Source: Torpedo marmorata (Eukaryota). From it: 64,000 bases of DNA. The stretch covers positions 58,466,001 through 58,530,000 of the forward strand of contig OZ360238.1 of assembly GCA_977017645.1 (NCBI GenBank), given 5' to 3'. The notes under the pieces are model-generated. The model was not told the DNA's origin. It was given only the letters and a program-made list of their open reading frames with translations, and did not search any database. Numbering within the stretch: position 1 is the stretch's first letter; every line of letters begins with the position of its first letter. This document shows, piece by piece, positions 12,572 through 22,410 of this stretch. Made by a program: the position numbers and the translations under genes.

Positions 12572-15500
12572 ATGGCGCCTTGCACCGGCGACTCTTTGCG
12601 AGCAGCTCTGACGGGAATAATCAAGTATTCCTGGTCAGAACTCCTAAAAATCAGAACGCACACAAAAACATACTTACCCTACAACGGGGATGTCCAAAGA
12701 TCGCTGGAAGAACTAGGAATCGGAACCGGGGGACCTTTAAAGAACTTACGAAGGTACAGCTGCAGTCTCCGTCGGGCCGCGGGACCTCCAATCAAATCAC
12801 GCAAGTACACCGCGGGAGTTTTAAACGGCCAGAGAACGGGCCGTTCAAACTTCGCGGGAGCCGCAGACAGCAGGCAATCAACACAATTACAAATCGCGCA
12901 GGATTTAAAGGGACAGCGCACCGTCCGTTTAAACACTGCGGGACCTACCGGCAGCGGATCCAAGGGCCAGGTAAAGAAGCCCCGACCACGTAGACGCGGA
13001 TCCAAGGGCCAGGTAAAGAAGTCCCGACCACGGGGACGCAGAGGGGGGCTACAGGTCAAACTGAGAAGGGGGGACCTGAAGCTTCCGCTCCCTACCATCC
13101 TACTGGCCAACGTTCAATCCTTGGAGAACAAATTTGATGAACTCCAAGCCAGAATTCAATATCAGGGAGTCATCAGGGAGTGCTGCGTGATGTGCTTCAC
13201 AGAAACGTGGCTAAACAAGGACATTCCGGACACGGCGCTACAGCCCAAGGGCTACACCCTCCACCGCGCTGACCGAACACCGGCGTCTGGAAAAACCAGG
13301 GGAGGCGGCGTGTGTGTCATCATCAATTCATCGTGGTGCACAGACGTGACGATCATGTCCCAGTCCTGCTCCCCCGACCTAGAACATCTGGCGATCAAGT
13401 GTCGCCCATTCTATCTGCCGAGGGAGTTCACCGCCATCATCCTGGTCGCAGTGTACATTCCGCCCCAGGCTAACGTCAGGCTGGCACTGGAGGGACTGAG
13501 CACTGTGATAAACAGCCATGAGACAGCACATCCTGATGCCTTCCCGATCATTGTGGGAGACTTCAATCAGGCCAACCTGAAGAAGTCACTGACAAACTAC
13601 CACCAACACGTCACTTGCGAGACCAGGGGAACCAACACACTTGACCACTGCTACACCACCGTGAAGAACGCCTACCGAGCCATACCACGACCGCACTTCG
13701 GCAAGTCTGATCACCTGGCTGTACTTCTACTCCCGGCGTACAAGCAGAGACTAAAGTCCACAGCAACAGTGGAGAGGACAGCGAAAGTGTGGTCAAGGGA
13801 GGCGGAGGAGCGTCTGCAGGACTGCTTTGACTCGGTGGACTGGAACATATTCAAGCACTCAGCCATAGACATAAATGAATATGCAACAAGTGTCACCGAC
13901 TTCATCAAGACCTGCGTGGATGAGTGTGTGCCCACGCGCAAATACCGGGTGTTCCCCAACCAGAAGCCCTGGATGAATCAAAGAATTCGCAACTTGCTGA
14001 GGACGAGAACAAGGGCGTTTAAAGACGGGGACCGGGATCTTTACAAAAAGTCCAGGCACGACCTGCGGAAGGCCATCTCTGAAGGAAAGTGGCAATTCCG
14101 TAGGAAGCTAGAGACAGAGACAGATACACGGCAGCTATGGCAGGGAGTGCAGGCCATTACAGCCTACAAAACGAGAGGGAACACTATAGACGGCTGTGAT
14201 GCTTCACTACCCGATGAGCTGAACACCTTCTATGCCCGCTTTGAGAAGAAGAACAAAACGGTGCCTAATAGAATCCCTGAGAGGGCAGAAGACCCTGTGA
14301 TATCTGTCTCTGAGGGCGACGTCAGAACATCATTCAAGAGGGTGAACCCTCGCAAGGCGTCAGGCCCTGACGGCGTACCTGGCAGGGTATTGAAAATCTG
14401 CGCCAACCAACTAGCCGGAGTGTTCACGGACATTTTCAACCTCTCATTGCGGCAGTCAGAGGTTCCCACCTGCTTCAAAAGGGCATCAATCATCCCGGTG
14501 CCCAAGAAGAGTAGTGTGAGCTGCCTCAACGACTATCGCCCAGTAGCACTAACTTCTACGGTGATGAAATGTTTTGAGAGGCTGGTCATGACCAGAATTA
14601 ACACATACCTAAGCAAAGACCTGGACCCACTGCAATTCGCCTATCGTCACAATCGCTCCACAGCAGATGCAATATCGCTGGCTCTCCACTCAGCTCTGGA
14701 TCACCTCGAAAACAGCAATTCATACATACGGCTGCTCTTCATAGACTACAGCTCGGCCTTCAATACCATTATTCCCTCAGTGCTGGTCAAGAAGCTACAA
14801 ACTCTAGGCCTCTGTACCCCACTCTGCAACTGGATCCTTGACTTTCTCATCGGAAGACCACAGTCAGTACGAATTGGAAACAACGTCTCCTCTTCACTGA
14901 TTATCAACACAGGCGCACCCCAAGGATGTGTGCTTAGCCCACTGCTCTACTCGCTATACACTCATGACTGTGAGGCCAGGCACAATTCCAATGCCATATA
15001 CAAGTTTGCCGATGACACCACAGTTGTCGGCAGAATCACAAACGGCAATGAGGAAGCGTACAGGAGGGAGATAGATGAGCTCATTGAATGGTGTAATGAC
15101 AACAACCTCGAGCTCAACGTCAGTAAAACCAAGGAGATGATTGTGGACTTCAGGAGGAAGTCAGGGGAACACAACCCAGTCCTCATCGAGGGCTCAGTCG
15201 TGGAGAGGGTCAAGAACTTCAAATTCCTGGGTGTCAACATCTCCGAGGATCTGTCCTGGAGCATCCACGTGGATGCAATCACAAAGAAGGCTCGTCAGCG
15301 GCTATACTTTGTGAGGCGATTGCGGAGATTCGGTATGTCGCCAAAGACTCTTGTGAACTTCTACAGGTGTACCGTGGAGAGCATTCTAGCTGGTTGCATC
15401 ACTGCCTGGTATGGTGGTGCCAACTCCCAGGACAAGTGCAAACTCCAGAAGGTTGTTACCTCGGCTTGTGACATCACGGGCACCAAACTTCACTCCATCG

Positions 15501-15685
15501 AGGACATCTACATGAGGCGATGTCTTAATAAAGCAGCCTCTATCCTCAAGGACCCCCACCACCCAGGCCATGCCCTCTTCACGCTGCTTCCATCGGGGAA
15601 AAGGTACAGGAGCCTAAAGACGAGCACTCAACGGCACAAGGTCAGCTTCTTCCCCGCTGCCATCAGATTCCTGAACAATCAATGA
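12572..15685 (+). CDS. Rex1/Babar polyprotein: basic N-terminus + APE endonuclease + reverse transcriptase (~1037 aa from the ATG in CAAGATGGCG)
   Basis: APE motifs ANVQS, FTETW, VYIPP, GDFN, TLD, SDH. RT motifs [37 protein letters not shown]-terminal FFPAAIRFLN. Confidence 0.93.
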   Translation: MAPCTGDSLRAALTGIIKYSWSELLKIRTHTKTYLPYNGDVQRSLEELGIGTGGPLKNLRRYSCSLRRAAGPPIKSRKYTAGVLNGQRTGRSNFAGAADSRQSTQLQIAQDLKGQRTVRLNTAGPTGSGSKGQVKKPRPRRRGSKGQVKKSRPRGRRGGLQVKLRRGDLKLPLPTILLANVQSLENKFDELQARIQYQGVIRECCVMCFTETWLNKDIPDTALQPKGYTLHRADRTPASGKTRGGGVCVIINSSWCTDVTIMSQSCSPDLEHLAIKCRPFYLPREFTAIILVAVYIPPQANVRLALEGLSTVINSHETAHPDAFPIIVGDFNQANLKKSLTNYHQHVTCETRGTNTLDHCYTTVKNAYRAIPRPHFGKSDHLAVLLLPAYKQRLKSTATVERTAKVWSREAEERLQDCFDSVDWNIFKHSAIDINEYATSVTDFIKTCVDECVPTRKYRVFPNQKPWMNQRIRNLLRTRTRAFKDGDRDLYKKSRHDLRKAISEGKWQFRRKLETETDTRQLWQGVQAITAYKTRGNTIDGCDASLPDELNTFYARFEKKNKTVPNRIPERAEDPVISVSEGDVRTSFKRVNPRKASGPDGVPGRVLKICANQLAGVFTDIFNLSLRQSEVPTCFKRASIIPVPKKSSVSCLNDYRPVALTSTVMKCFERLVMTRINTYLSKDLDPLQFAYRHNRSTADAISLALHSALDHLENSNSYIRLLFIDYSSAFNTIIPSVLVKKLQTLGLCTPLCNWILDFLIGRPQSVRIGNNVSSSLIINTGAPQGCVLSPLLYSLYTHDCEARHNSNAIYKFADDTTVVGRITNGNEEAYRREIDELIEWCNDNNLELNVSKTKEMIVDFRRKSGEHNPVLIEGSVVERVKNFKFLGVNISEDLSWSIHVDAITKKARQRLYFVRRLRRFGMSPKTLVNFYRCTVESILAGCITAWYGGANSQDKCKLQKVVTSACDITGTKLHSIEDIYMRRCLNKAASILKDPHHPGHALFTLLPSGKRYRSLKTSTQRHKVSFFPAAIRFLNNQ
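12954..13037 (+). repeat. In-frame 42-bp tandem duplication (GSKGQVKKPRPRRR / GSKGQVKKSRPRGR)
   Basis: Units start at 12954 and 12996 and differ at few positions. Confidence 0.95.
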
Positions 15686-16227
15686 ACCAAAGACACTAGT
15701 GCACTATTGTTTATAATTTTATATAGTAATGTCGTTAGAATGGTTAATATGAATGTTAATTGCACTATGATGCTGCCGCAAAGCACCGAATTTCATGACT
15801 TGTTCATGACAATAAATTCTGATTCTGATTCTGTTTACTGTGAGTCCTTTGATCTGAAAAAGGCTTTTGAGTACATACTAATAATAAGTTTGAGTGAGTC
15901 AATTAATGCAATCTTGGCCAAGGCTGTTTTCTCATTGCATCAAAAGAATTTGAATCTGGTTGCTCAATTAACTGATTTGTTTTAAAACAGCATGACAATA
16001 AAATTAAAGCTCTTTTGCAGTTCTGTAATAAAATTCTATCTATCAATAATCTTATTTCCAAAATAACTCACATTTCAAAATATTATATATATATAAACCA
16101 TTTTAATCTTAATTCATTGTACTTGGATCTTGTCAGAAATTACTAAAATGCTCATTAAATTACTTTAGAAGTGCACGTGGTGCAACAAATTACATTCATA
16201 AAATAGATATTTTTTACAAATAGGGAA

Positions 16228-16410
16228 AAGAATTACTTGCATTTTTGTGGTAGCTTCCTGGACTTGGGACATCCCAGAAAGCTTTTATATGCTAATTATG
16301 TGACTCCAAAATGGAGTCAGCATTGTAATGTTGGCAATTTAACTTCCAGAAGTTGCAATATGATGCTGGTCAGATCATGTTTCTTGGCAAAGAGTTAAAT
16401 ATTGTTCATC
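16228..16410 (-). mobile_element. DeuSINE 3' fragment
   Basis: AAAGAATTACTTGCATTT...GGACATCCCAGAAAGCTTT...CATTGTAATG is the reverse complement of the SacSINE1-like 3' part. Confidence 0.5.
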
Positions 16411-16504
16411 ATATATATCTTTCTTTCTCTTCTTTGGACAAGTGTTTACTATTTAAAGTTCACCTGAGGAAGTCCACGAAGTATTAAAAATACTCAGAAA
16501 CTCC

Positions 16505-19500
16505 TCTACTTACCTCCGGGAAGATCTGCGGGTCAAGCTAAGCGACCACGGGCTGCTGTGGGGATTAGGCTTTAAAGCCTCGGGATCGCGGTGAAGACGG
16601 AAGTGGTGTGCAAGATGGAGGAAGCGCAGTAAGCGAGCAGGGGTGCACGCTAGACTGAGAGCGAACCCCTGCCGCCCGGCTCTCCCGTCCATCCTGCTCG
16701 CCAACGTCTGTTCCCTGGAGAATAAAATGGACCACATCCGACTCCAGAGGTCTGCACAGCGTGAGTACAGGGACTGCTGTGTGTTGGTCTTTGTTGAAAC
16801 TTGACAGCGACAGGGTCCCGAACGCTGCCATTCAGCTGGATGGACTTGCTTTATTTCGGGCTGACAGAGATGCTGCTCTCTGTGGAAAGGTCCGTGGCGG
16901 TGGCTTGTGTGTTTACATCAACACAGAATGGTGTAAGGACTCTGTACTAGTCTCCAGTCACTGCTCAGCGCTGGTGGAATTTGTGACTGTCAGATGTAGA
17001 CCATTTTACCTACCGCGGGAATTTACTACAGTCCTCATAGTTGGAGTGTACATCCCCCCAGCGCTAATGCCAAGGAGGCGATCTGGGAACAGTGTGGGGC
17101 TATAGGCGAACTGCAGACCGCACACCCTGATGGACTGCTGATTATCGCTGGCTACTTCAACCAGGCAATCCTCAAGTCAGGGCTACCTAAATTCCATCAG
17201 TATGTGGACTTTGCTACGAGAGGGGCGAACGCGTTGGACCTTGTGTTTACAAACATTTCCAACGCGTATCGGGCGGAGCCCCGCCCCCACCTCGGATACT
17301 CAGACCATATCTCTGTAATGATAACCCCAGCATACAGACCGCTCGCCAGACGCTCCAGACCAGTTCTGAAGCAGGTTAAAACCTGGCCAGCAGGTGCCAT
17401 CCATGCACTTCAGGACTGCTTTGAGCGTACTGATTGGCACATGTTCAGGGAAGCAGCAACCGATGGCAACTGCATCAATCTGGAGGAGTATACGGCATCA
17501 GTGACTAACTACATTAGTAAGTGTACTGACGAAGTCACTGTGCCGAAGACCATCATTACTCGCTCTCATCAGAAGCCATGGATGACTGCGGAGGTGCATG
17601 TGCTACTGAGGAGCCGAAACTCTGCCTTCAGTGCGGGCAACAAGGTAACCCTAGCTATTGCGAGAGCCAAGCTGTCTAAGGCCATCAGGGAGGCAAAGCG
17701 TGCACATGCCCAGCGAATTCAGAGTCACTTTCAGGACAGCAAGGACACGCGACCCATGTGGAAGGGCATTCAAGATATCACCGACCACACCATCTGACTG
17801 TGCTGGTGATGCCTCCCTCCCAGATGCACTGAACAACTTCTACGTGCGTTTTGAGGCGAAAAATGATGTAGCGGCAAAGAAGACAACCCCTCCTCCAAAT
17901 GATCAGGTGCTGTGTTTCACAGTGGCCGACGTGAGGAGAGTGTTAAGCAAGGTTAACCCACGGAAAGCTGCTGGTCCAGATAACATTCCCGGCAGAGTGC
18001 TCAGGGGATGTGTGGCCCAGCTGGCTGATGTTTTCACCGACATCTTTAACATCTCCCTGAGCAGTGCATTGGTTCCAACGTGCTTCAAAGCTGCTACTAT
18101 CATCCCCGTGCCGAAGAAGTCGACGGTGTCCTGCCTCAATTACTACCGCCCTGTCGCACTCACATCTACTGTCATGAAGTGCTTCGAGAGGCTCGTCATG
18201 GGGCACATCAAGCTTCTGCTGTCCCCCTCACTGGACCCCCTGCAGTTCACATATAGATCAAACCGCTCTACGGATGATGCCATCATTACCACCCTCTCCC
18301 TCGCCCTCACCCACCTGGAAAATAAGGACGCGTATGTTCGAATGCTGTTTATTGACTTCAGCTCGGCATTCAACACGATCATACCTCAGTACCTGATAAG
18401 GAAGTTGAGCATGCTGGGCCTAAACAACACCCTCTGTAATTGGATTCTAGACTTCCTGACGGGAAGACCTCAGGCAGTCCGGTTTGGAAACAGCACTTCT
18501 AAGGTCATTACATTGAGCACGGGAGCTCCCCATGGCTGTGTGCTTAGTCCATTGCTGTTCACCCTGCTGACTCATGACTGTGCAGCAAAACACAGCTCGA
18601 ATCACATCATCAAGTTCGCTGATGATACGACCGTGGTGGGCCTTATCAGCAAGAACGATGAGTCAGCATACAGAGATGAGGTGCAGTCGCTAATGGAATG
18701 GTGCAGAGCCAACAACCTGCATCTGAATGTAAACAAAACAAAAGAGTTGGTTGTCGACTTCAGAAGGGCCCGGGGGGATCATTCTCCATTGACCATGGAC
18801 GGCTCTACCGTTGAGGTCGTAAAGAGTACCAAGTTTCTTGGAGTGCACTTGGCGGGGAGTCTCACCTGGTCCCTCAACACCAGTTCCATAGTCAAGAAAG
18901 CCCAGCAGCGTCTTTACTTCCTGCGAAGGCTGAGGAAAGTTAATCTTCCACCCTCTATCCTTACTACATTCTACACGTGATGTATTGAGAGTATTCTGAG
19001 CAATTGCATCACCACTTGGTTTGGAAACTGTACCATCTCGGACCGAAAGACCCTGCAAAGGATAGTGGGGTCAGCGGAGAAAATTATTGGTGTCTCTCTC
19101 CCCACCATTTTTTTTATTTATTTTTTTTATATATTTTATTTAAATTTTTAAATCACACATTACATAAAATAATTTTGCATATAATTCTTAAAAAATACAT
19201 GTGATTACATTTTCTCCCCCCCTTCCCACCCACCCCTCCCTAGCCCCTATATCCCCCTAGTCTAAATTTAAAATAAAATAAAATAATGAAAGAAAAAAGA
19301 AAAGAAAAGATAGAAAAATAGAGTGAGGAGTCAATAAGCTTAAAAACTAATATATCTTAGAGGTTATTTCGCCGGCGGATCTGATATCCAGAGAATTTAC
19401 AATGTTAAACCCATAATCCTCATATATGAGCCCCAAATTTTCAAGAAAAAATGATATTTATTTCGTAAGTTATAAGTAATTTTTTCTAATGGTATACATG

Positions 19501-20606
19501 ACCGTAACTCTGCATGCCATCGCTCTAGATTTAAATCAACATCCGATTTCCAAGTAATAGCTATACATTTTTTCGAAACTGCTAATACTATACGTAAAAA
19601 TTCTACTTGATACATATTTAATCTATGTCTAATACTAAATTTTTTAATATCTCCAAATAAAAATAACATAGGATCCATTGCAACTTCAACATTAAAAATT
19701 CTTTCTAAAAAATTCTTAACTTTCAACCAAAAATCTTGAATTTTTGGACATGACCATGTACAGTGTACAAAATATCCTATTTCAGTTTTACATCTAAAAC
19801 ACATATCTGATAACGCTGGATTAAATTTCTTCAAATTTTTAGGTGTCAAATACAATTGATGAAAAAAATTATATTGTACTAATCTATATCTCACATTAAT
19901 GACTTTTGTCATACTTAATTTACATAAATCTTTCCAATGATTTTCATCTATATTAACATTCAAATCTAATTCCAATTTCACTCCTACTTTAGACATCTTT
20001 CTTTGAAACAACTTATACATTTGTGATATAAATTTATTAACATTGACTTTAGTAATTAATAATTCCAATTCATTTTGTCTTGGTACTGTTAATTCATTCC
20101 CTAATCTCTCAATCAAAAAAGCTTTAACTTGAAAATAAACTAACATTGTATTATCTAATATATTAAATTTTTCTTTTAACCTCTGGAAAGTAATAAATCT
20201 ACCTGCTTCAAAACAATCTTTTAAAGTCTTAATTCCCTTTAAAAACCATAACTTAAGTAACTGATTCTCTCTCCCCACCATGATGGACATCTACAGCACA
20301 CGATGCATGAGGAAGGCTAATAACATTGTGAAGGACTTCTCACACCCGTTTGGTAAACTTTTTTCCCTTTTGCCATCTGGAAGGAGGTACCGAAGCACTC
20401 GGGCTCGTACGTCCAGACTGTGCAACAGTTTTTCACCCCAAGCCATCAGGCTCCTCAATTCCTAGATATATATGTGTATGAGCATGTTACAGTTTTTTTT
20501 ATTGTATTATGATATTTATGTACATCTGCCCATGGTCCTGGTGAAACGCTATCTCGTCTTACTGTGTATATGGTAATGAACGACAAATAAAGGTGACTTG
20601 ACTTGA
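16505..20606 (+). mobile_element. Near-full-length Rex1/Babar LINE (second family), frameshifted and interrupted by an L1
   Basis: Collinear [44 protein letters not shown] pieces; tail AATAAAGGTGACTTGACTTGA. Confidence 0.92.
19109..20265 (-). mobile_element. L1-clade LINE, 5'-truncated, nested in the Rex element
   Basis: Open ORF2 C-terminus (stop at 19397), A-rich tail and perfect 16-bp TSD TCTCTCTCCCCACCAT (19093-19108, 20266-20281). Confidence 0.95.
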
Positions 20607-21269
20607 TTTGTTGTTCTGTCCATTATCAGTGTCATAGATCTTTCCATCAGCTGGTATAATGGCATTATCTTACTGCTGAATGGTGATGGAGGGGTTAACT
20701 ATTAGAAAACCTGCTGTTGCTGTGACATGTGCACTCCCACTGTGGCCCCAATGTTTTAACTGAAAGGCATCACTAGTGGCAAGGAAATGGCAATGAGTAG
20801 AGTCCAGATTTTTGTAGCCTTCTGAAGCAATATACATTACATATTGCATAACAAATAGTGTATAATCAAAATATAAATTGTAATTTGCAAGTGTTATTTT
20901 ATCTAATAGAATGATAATATTGCAGGAAAAGGCAGTGTCATATCCATTGGTGTTACAGTGCAGTTTCTGCCTTTGAGTAATGAGTGCACTCGTGAACTGT
21001 AAAGCAAGTGAATAAGAAGCAAATTCATGTCCTGTACATCAGCAAAAAAGAGTGTGTGGCATGCAAATCCTTATCATTAGCATAACCATAAGTTTAAGTT
21101 AAAAACTAACTTTCTTGAAGAAAAAAACTCCACGCCAGAGAGAGAAACAGTAAATGTTTCAGATCAATTACTTTTTATCATAAGTTGATAAAAAGTAAGT
21201 TCTGATTGTTGACCTGTTGAGTCTCCTCAGCACTGTAGATGCTGCCTGACCTGCGGTATGTTTGCATTT

Positions 21270-21890
21270 AAAAAACACAAATGCTGGAGAAACTCAGCAG
21301 GTCAAACAGTATCCCTCAAAGAGTTTTCACAGAGTTGTTGTAGTATGTTTGCATTTCCCTTGTCCTCTCCAATGGGATCAGCAGCATGCTGACAATTGTC
21401 TAGTTGGTTGCAAATTTTGCAAAGCCACAAGCATGATACAGAACTGCAGTCAGCTTTGTGCATGGGGGTGGTTTTCCAATATTTATGTATAACTATCACA
21501 TCTGAAACTATTTGCTGCCTCAATTCTCAAATCTACATATCACAAAAAGTTCACTTACGGTGTACTAATCGTATTCAACACTTGCATTCAAAATATTATA
21601 ATTAAATCTACAATTTAATATTTTTCTCTTTTTAAAGAGAGTCCCTGACATTGCAGAGCTTCTGACATGGATAAATAAATATCAAAATTCAGATGAGAAT
21701 AATTGTACTTTGTGCTTTTCCTTACTCAATTAAATGGTTGCCAATATTTAACATGATCAGGAAAATAGGGAAATTTGAAGTCGCAAAAATTTACTAATGA
21801 GTTCACCATTGATATCAGATGAAATGCTGAGTTTCTCCAGCATTGTGTTTTTACTTCAATCATGGTGTCTGCAGACTTTCATGTTTCACT
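21270..21890. repeat. Two inverted arms of the Penelope-derived hairpin element (21270-21312 and ~21826-21890) separated by ~510 bp
   Basis: AAAAACACAAATGCTGGAGAAACTCAGCA versus TGCTGAGTTTCTCCAGCATTGTGTTTTT; same family as 25697-25905. Confidence 0.8.
21638..21704 (+). CDS. Candidate coding exon A of an unidentified host gene (RVPDIAELLTWINKYQNSDENN)
   Basis: Strong pyrimidine tract + AAG acceptor, weak GTACTT donor, 67 nt, phase 0 to 1; compatible with exon B. Confidence 0.35.
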
Positions 21891-22165
21891 TCAGGTATTG
21901 GACCAAGTTTGCTGGCTATTGGTGATGGTTCTGAACAGAACCAATAGTGTTTAGCCATTTACGTGACAATAAATCTGCAACTTCTGATATTGAACACTTC
22001 TTTGTCTCTTTGATTGATTTGATCTGCTAAATCTATCAGTCTGCTTCAGTGTTTGACTCCAATGTTGTGCTAGAAACATTTAAAAATGTTAAATAATCTC
22101 TGCCGTCACAGGCGGTCAGGTTAGGTTGGCTGTTAAATCCTTCATGGTTATTTTAGGGTAGGTGT

Positions 22166-22410
22166 GCAACAGCACCAATAGTCTGTATAAAACTGGGATT
22201 GTCTGATCTCAGAAGCTAAGCAGGCACAGGACTGGTCAGTACTTGGAAGAGAGACTGTCTAGGAACACCAGGTGCTGTAAGTTTCTGTGAGGGGTGCTGG
22301 ACAAAGTAGCGACTCTCTCTCTCTGCCTTACGGTAGACAAAAATTAAAGAATTTCATGTATTCTAAATGTAGTATTACGTGATAATAATGGAACCTTTAC
22401 CTTTTTTTTT
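22166..22410 (+). mobile_element. 5S rRNA-derived SINE (SINE3-type) with Rex-like 3' tail; head is a 5S pseudogene (~22166-22284)
   Basis: GTCTGATCTCAGAAGCTAAGCAGG..CTGGTCAGTACTTGGA.GAGAGAC..CTAGGAACACCAGGTGCTGTAAG aligns to 5S rRNA (box A, IE, box C). Followed by GAATTTC...TGATAATAATGGA(ACCTTT)n. Confidence 0.8.

Larger units (their letters stand above)
12545..15833 (+). mobile_element. Apparently full-length, intact Rex1/Babar LINE
   Basis: Single uninterrupted ORF, CpGs retained, 3'UTR ending TGACAATAAA(TTCTGA)n at 15807-15833. 5' boundary approximate; no TSD seen. Confidence 0.92.

Noticed and set aside
12427-12993. 188-aa overlapping ORF as a possible ORF1
   Set aside because: Starts at a non-ATG codon upstream of the element, has no ORF1 motifs, and is an alternative frame of GC-rich repeats.
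13611-18382. Multiple antisense ORFs over Rex RT regions
   Set aside because: Shadow frames of the RT coding strand with no independent motifs.
21168-21198. 13-bp perfect inverted repeat
   Set aside because: AT-rich and at the centre of a decayed hairpin-element copy; no independent significance.
22166-22284. Functional 5S rRNA gene
   Set aside because: Degenerate 5' third, many substitutions, no T-run terminator, not in a tandem array, and fused to a retroposon tail.
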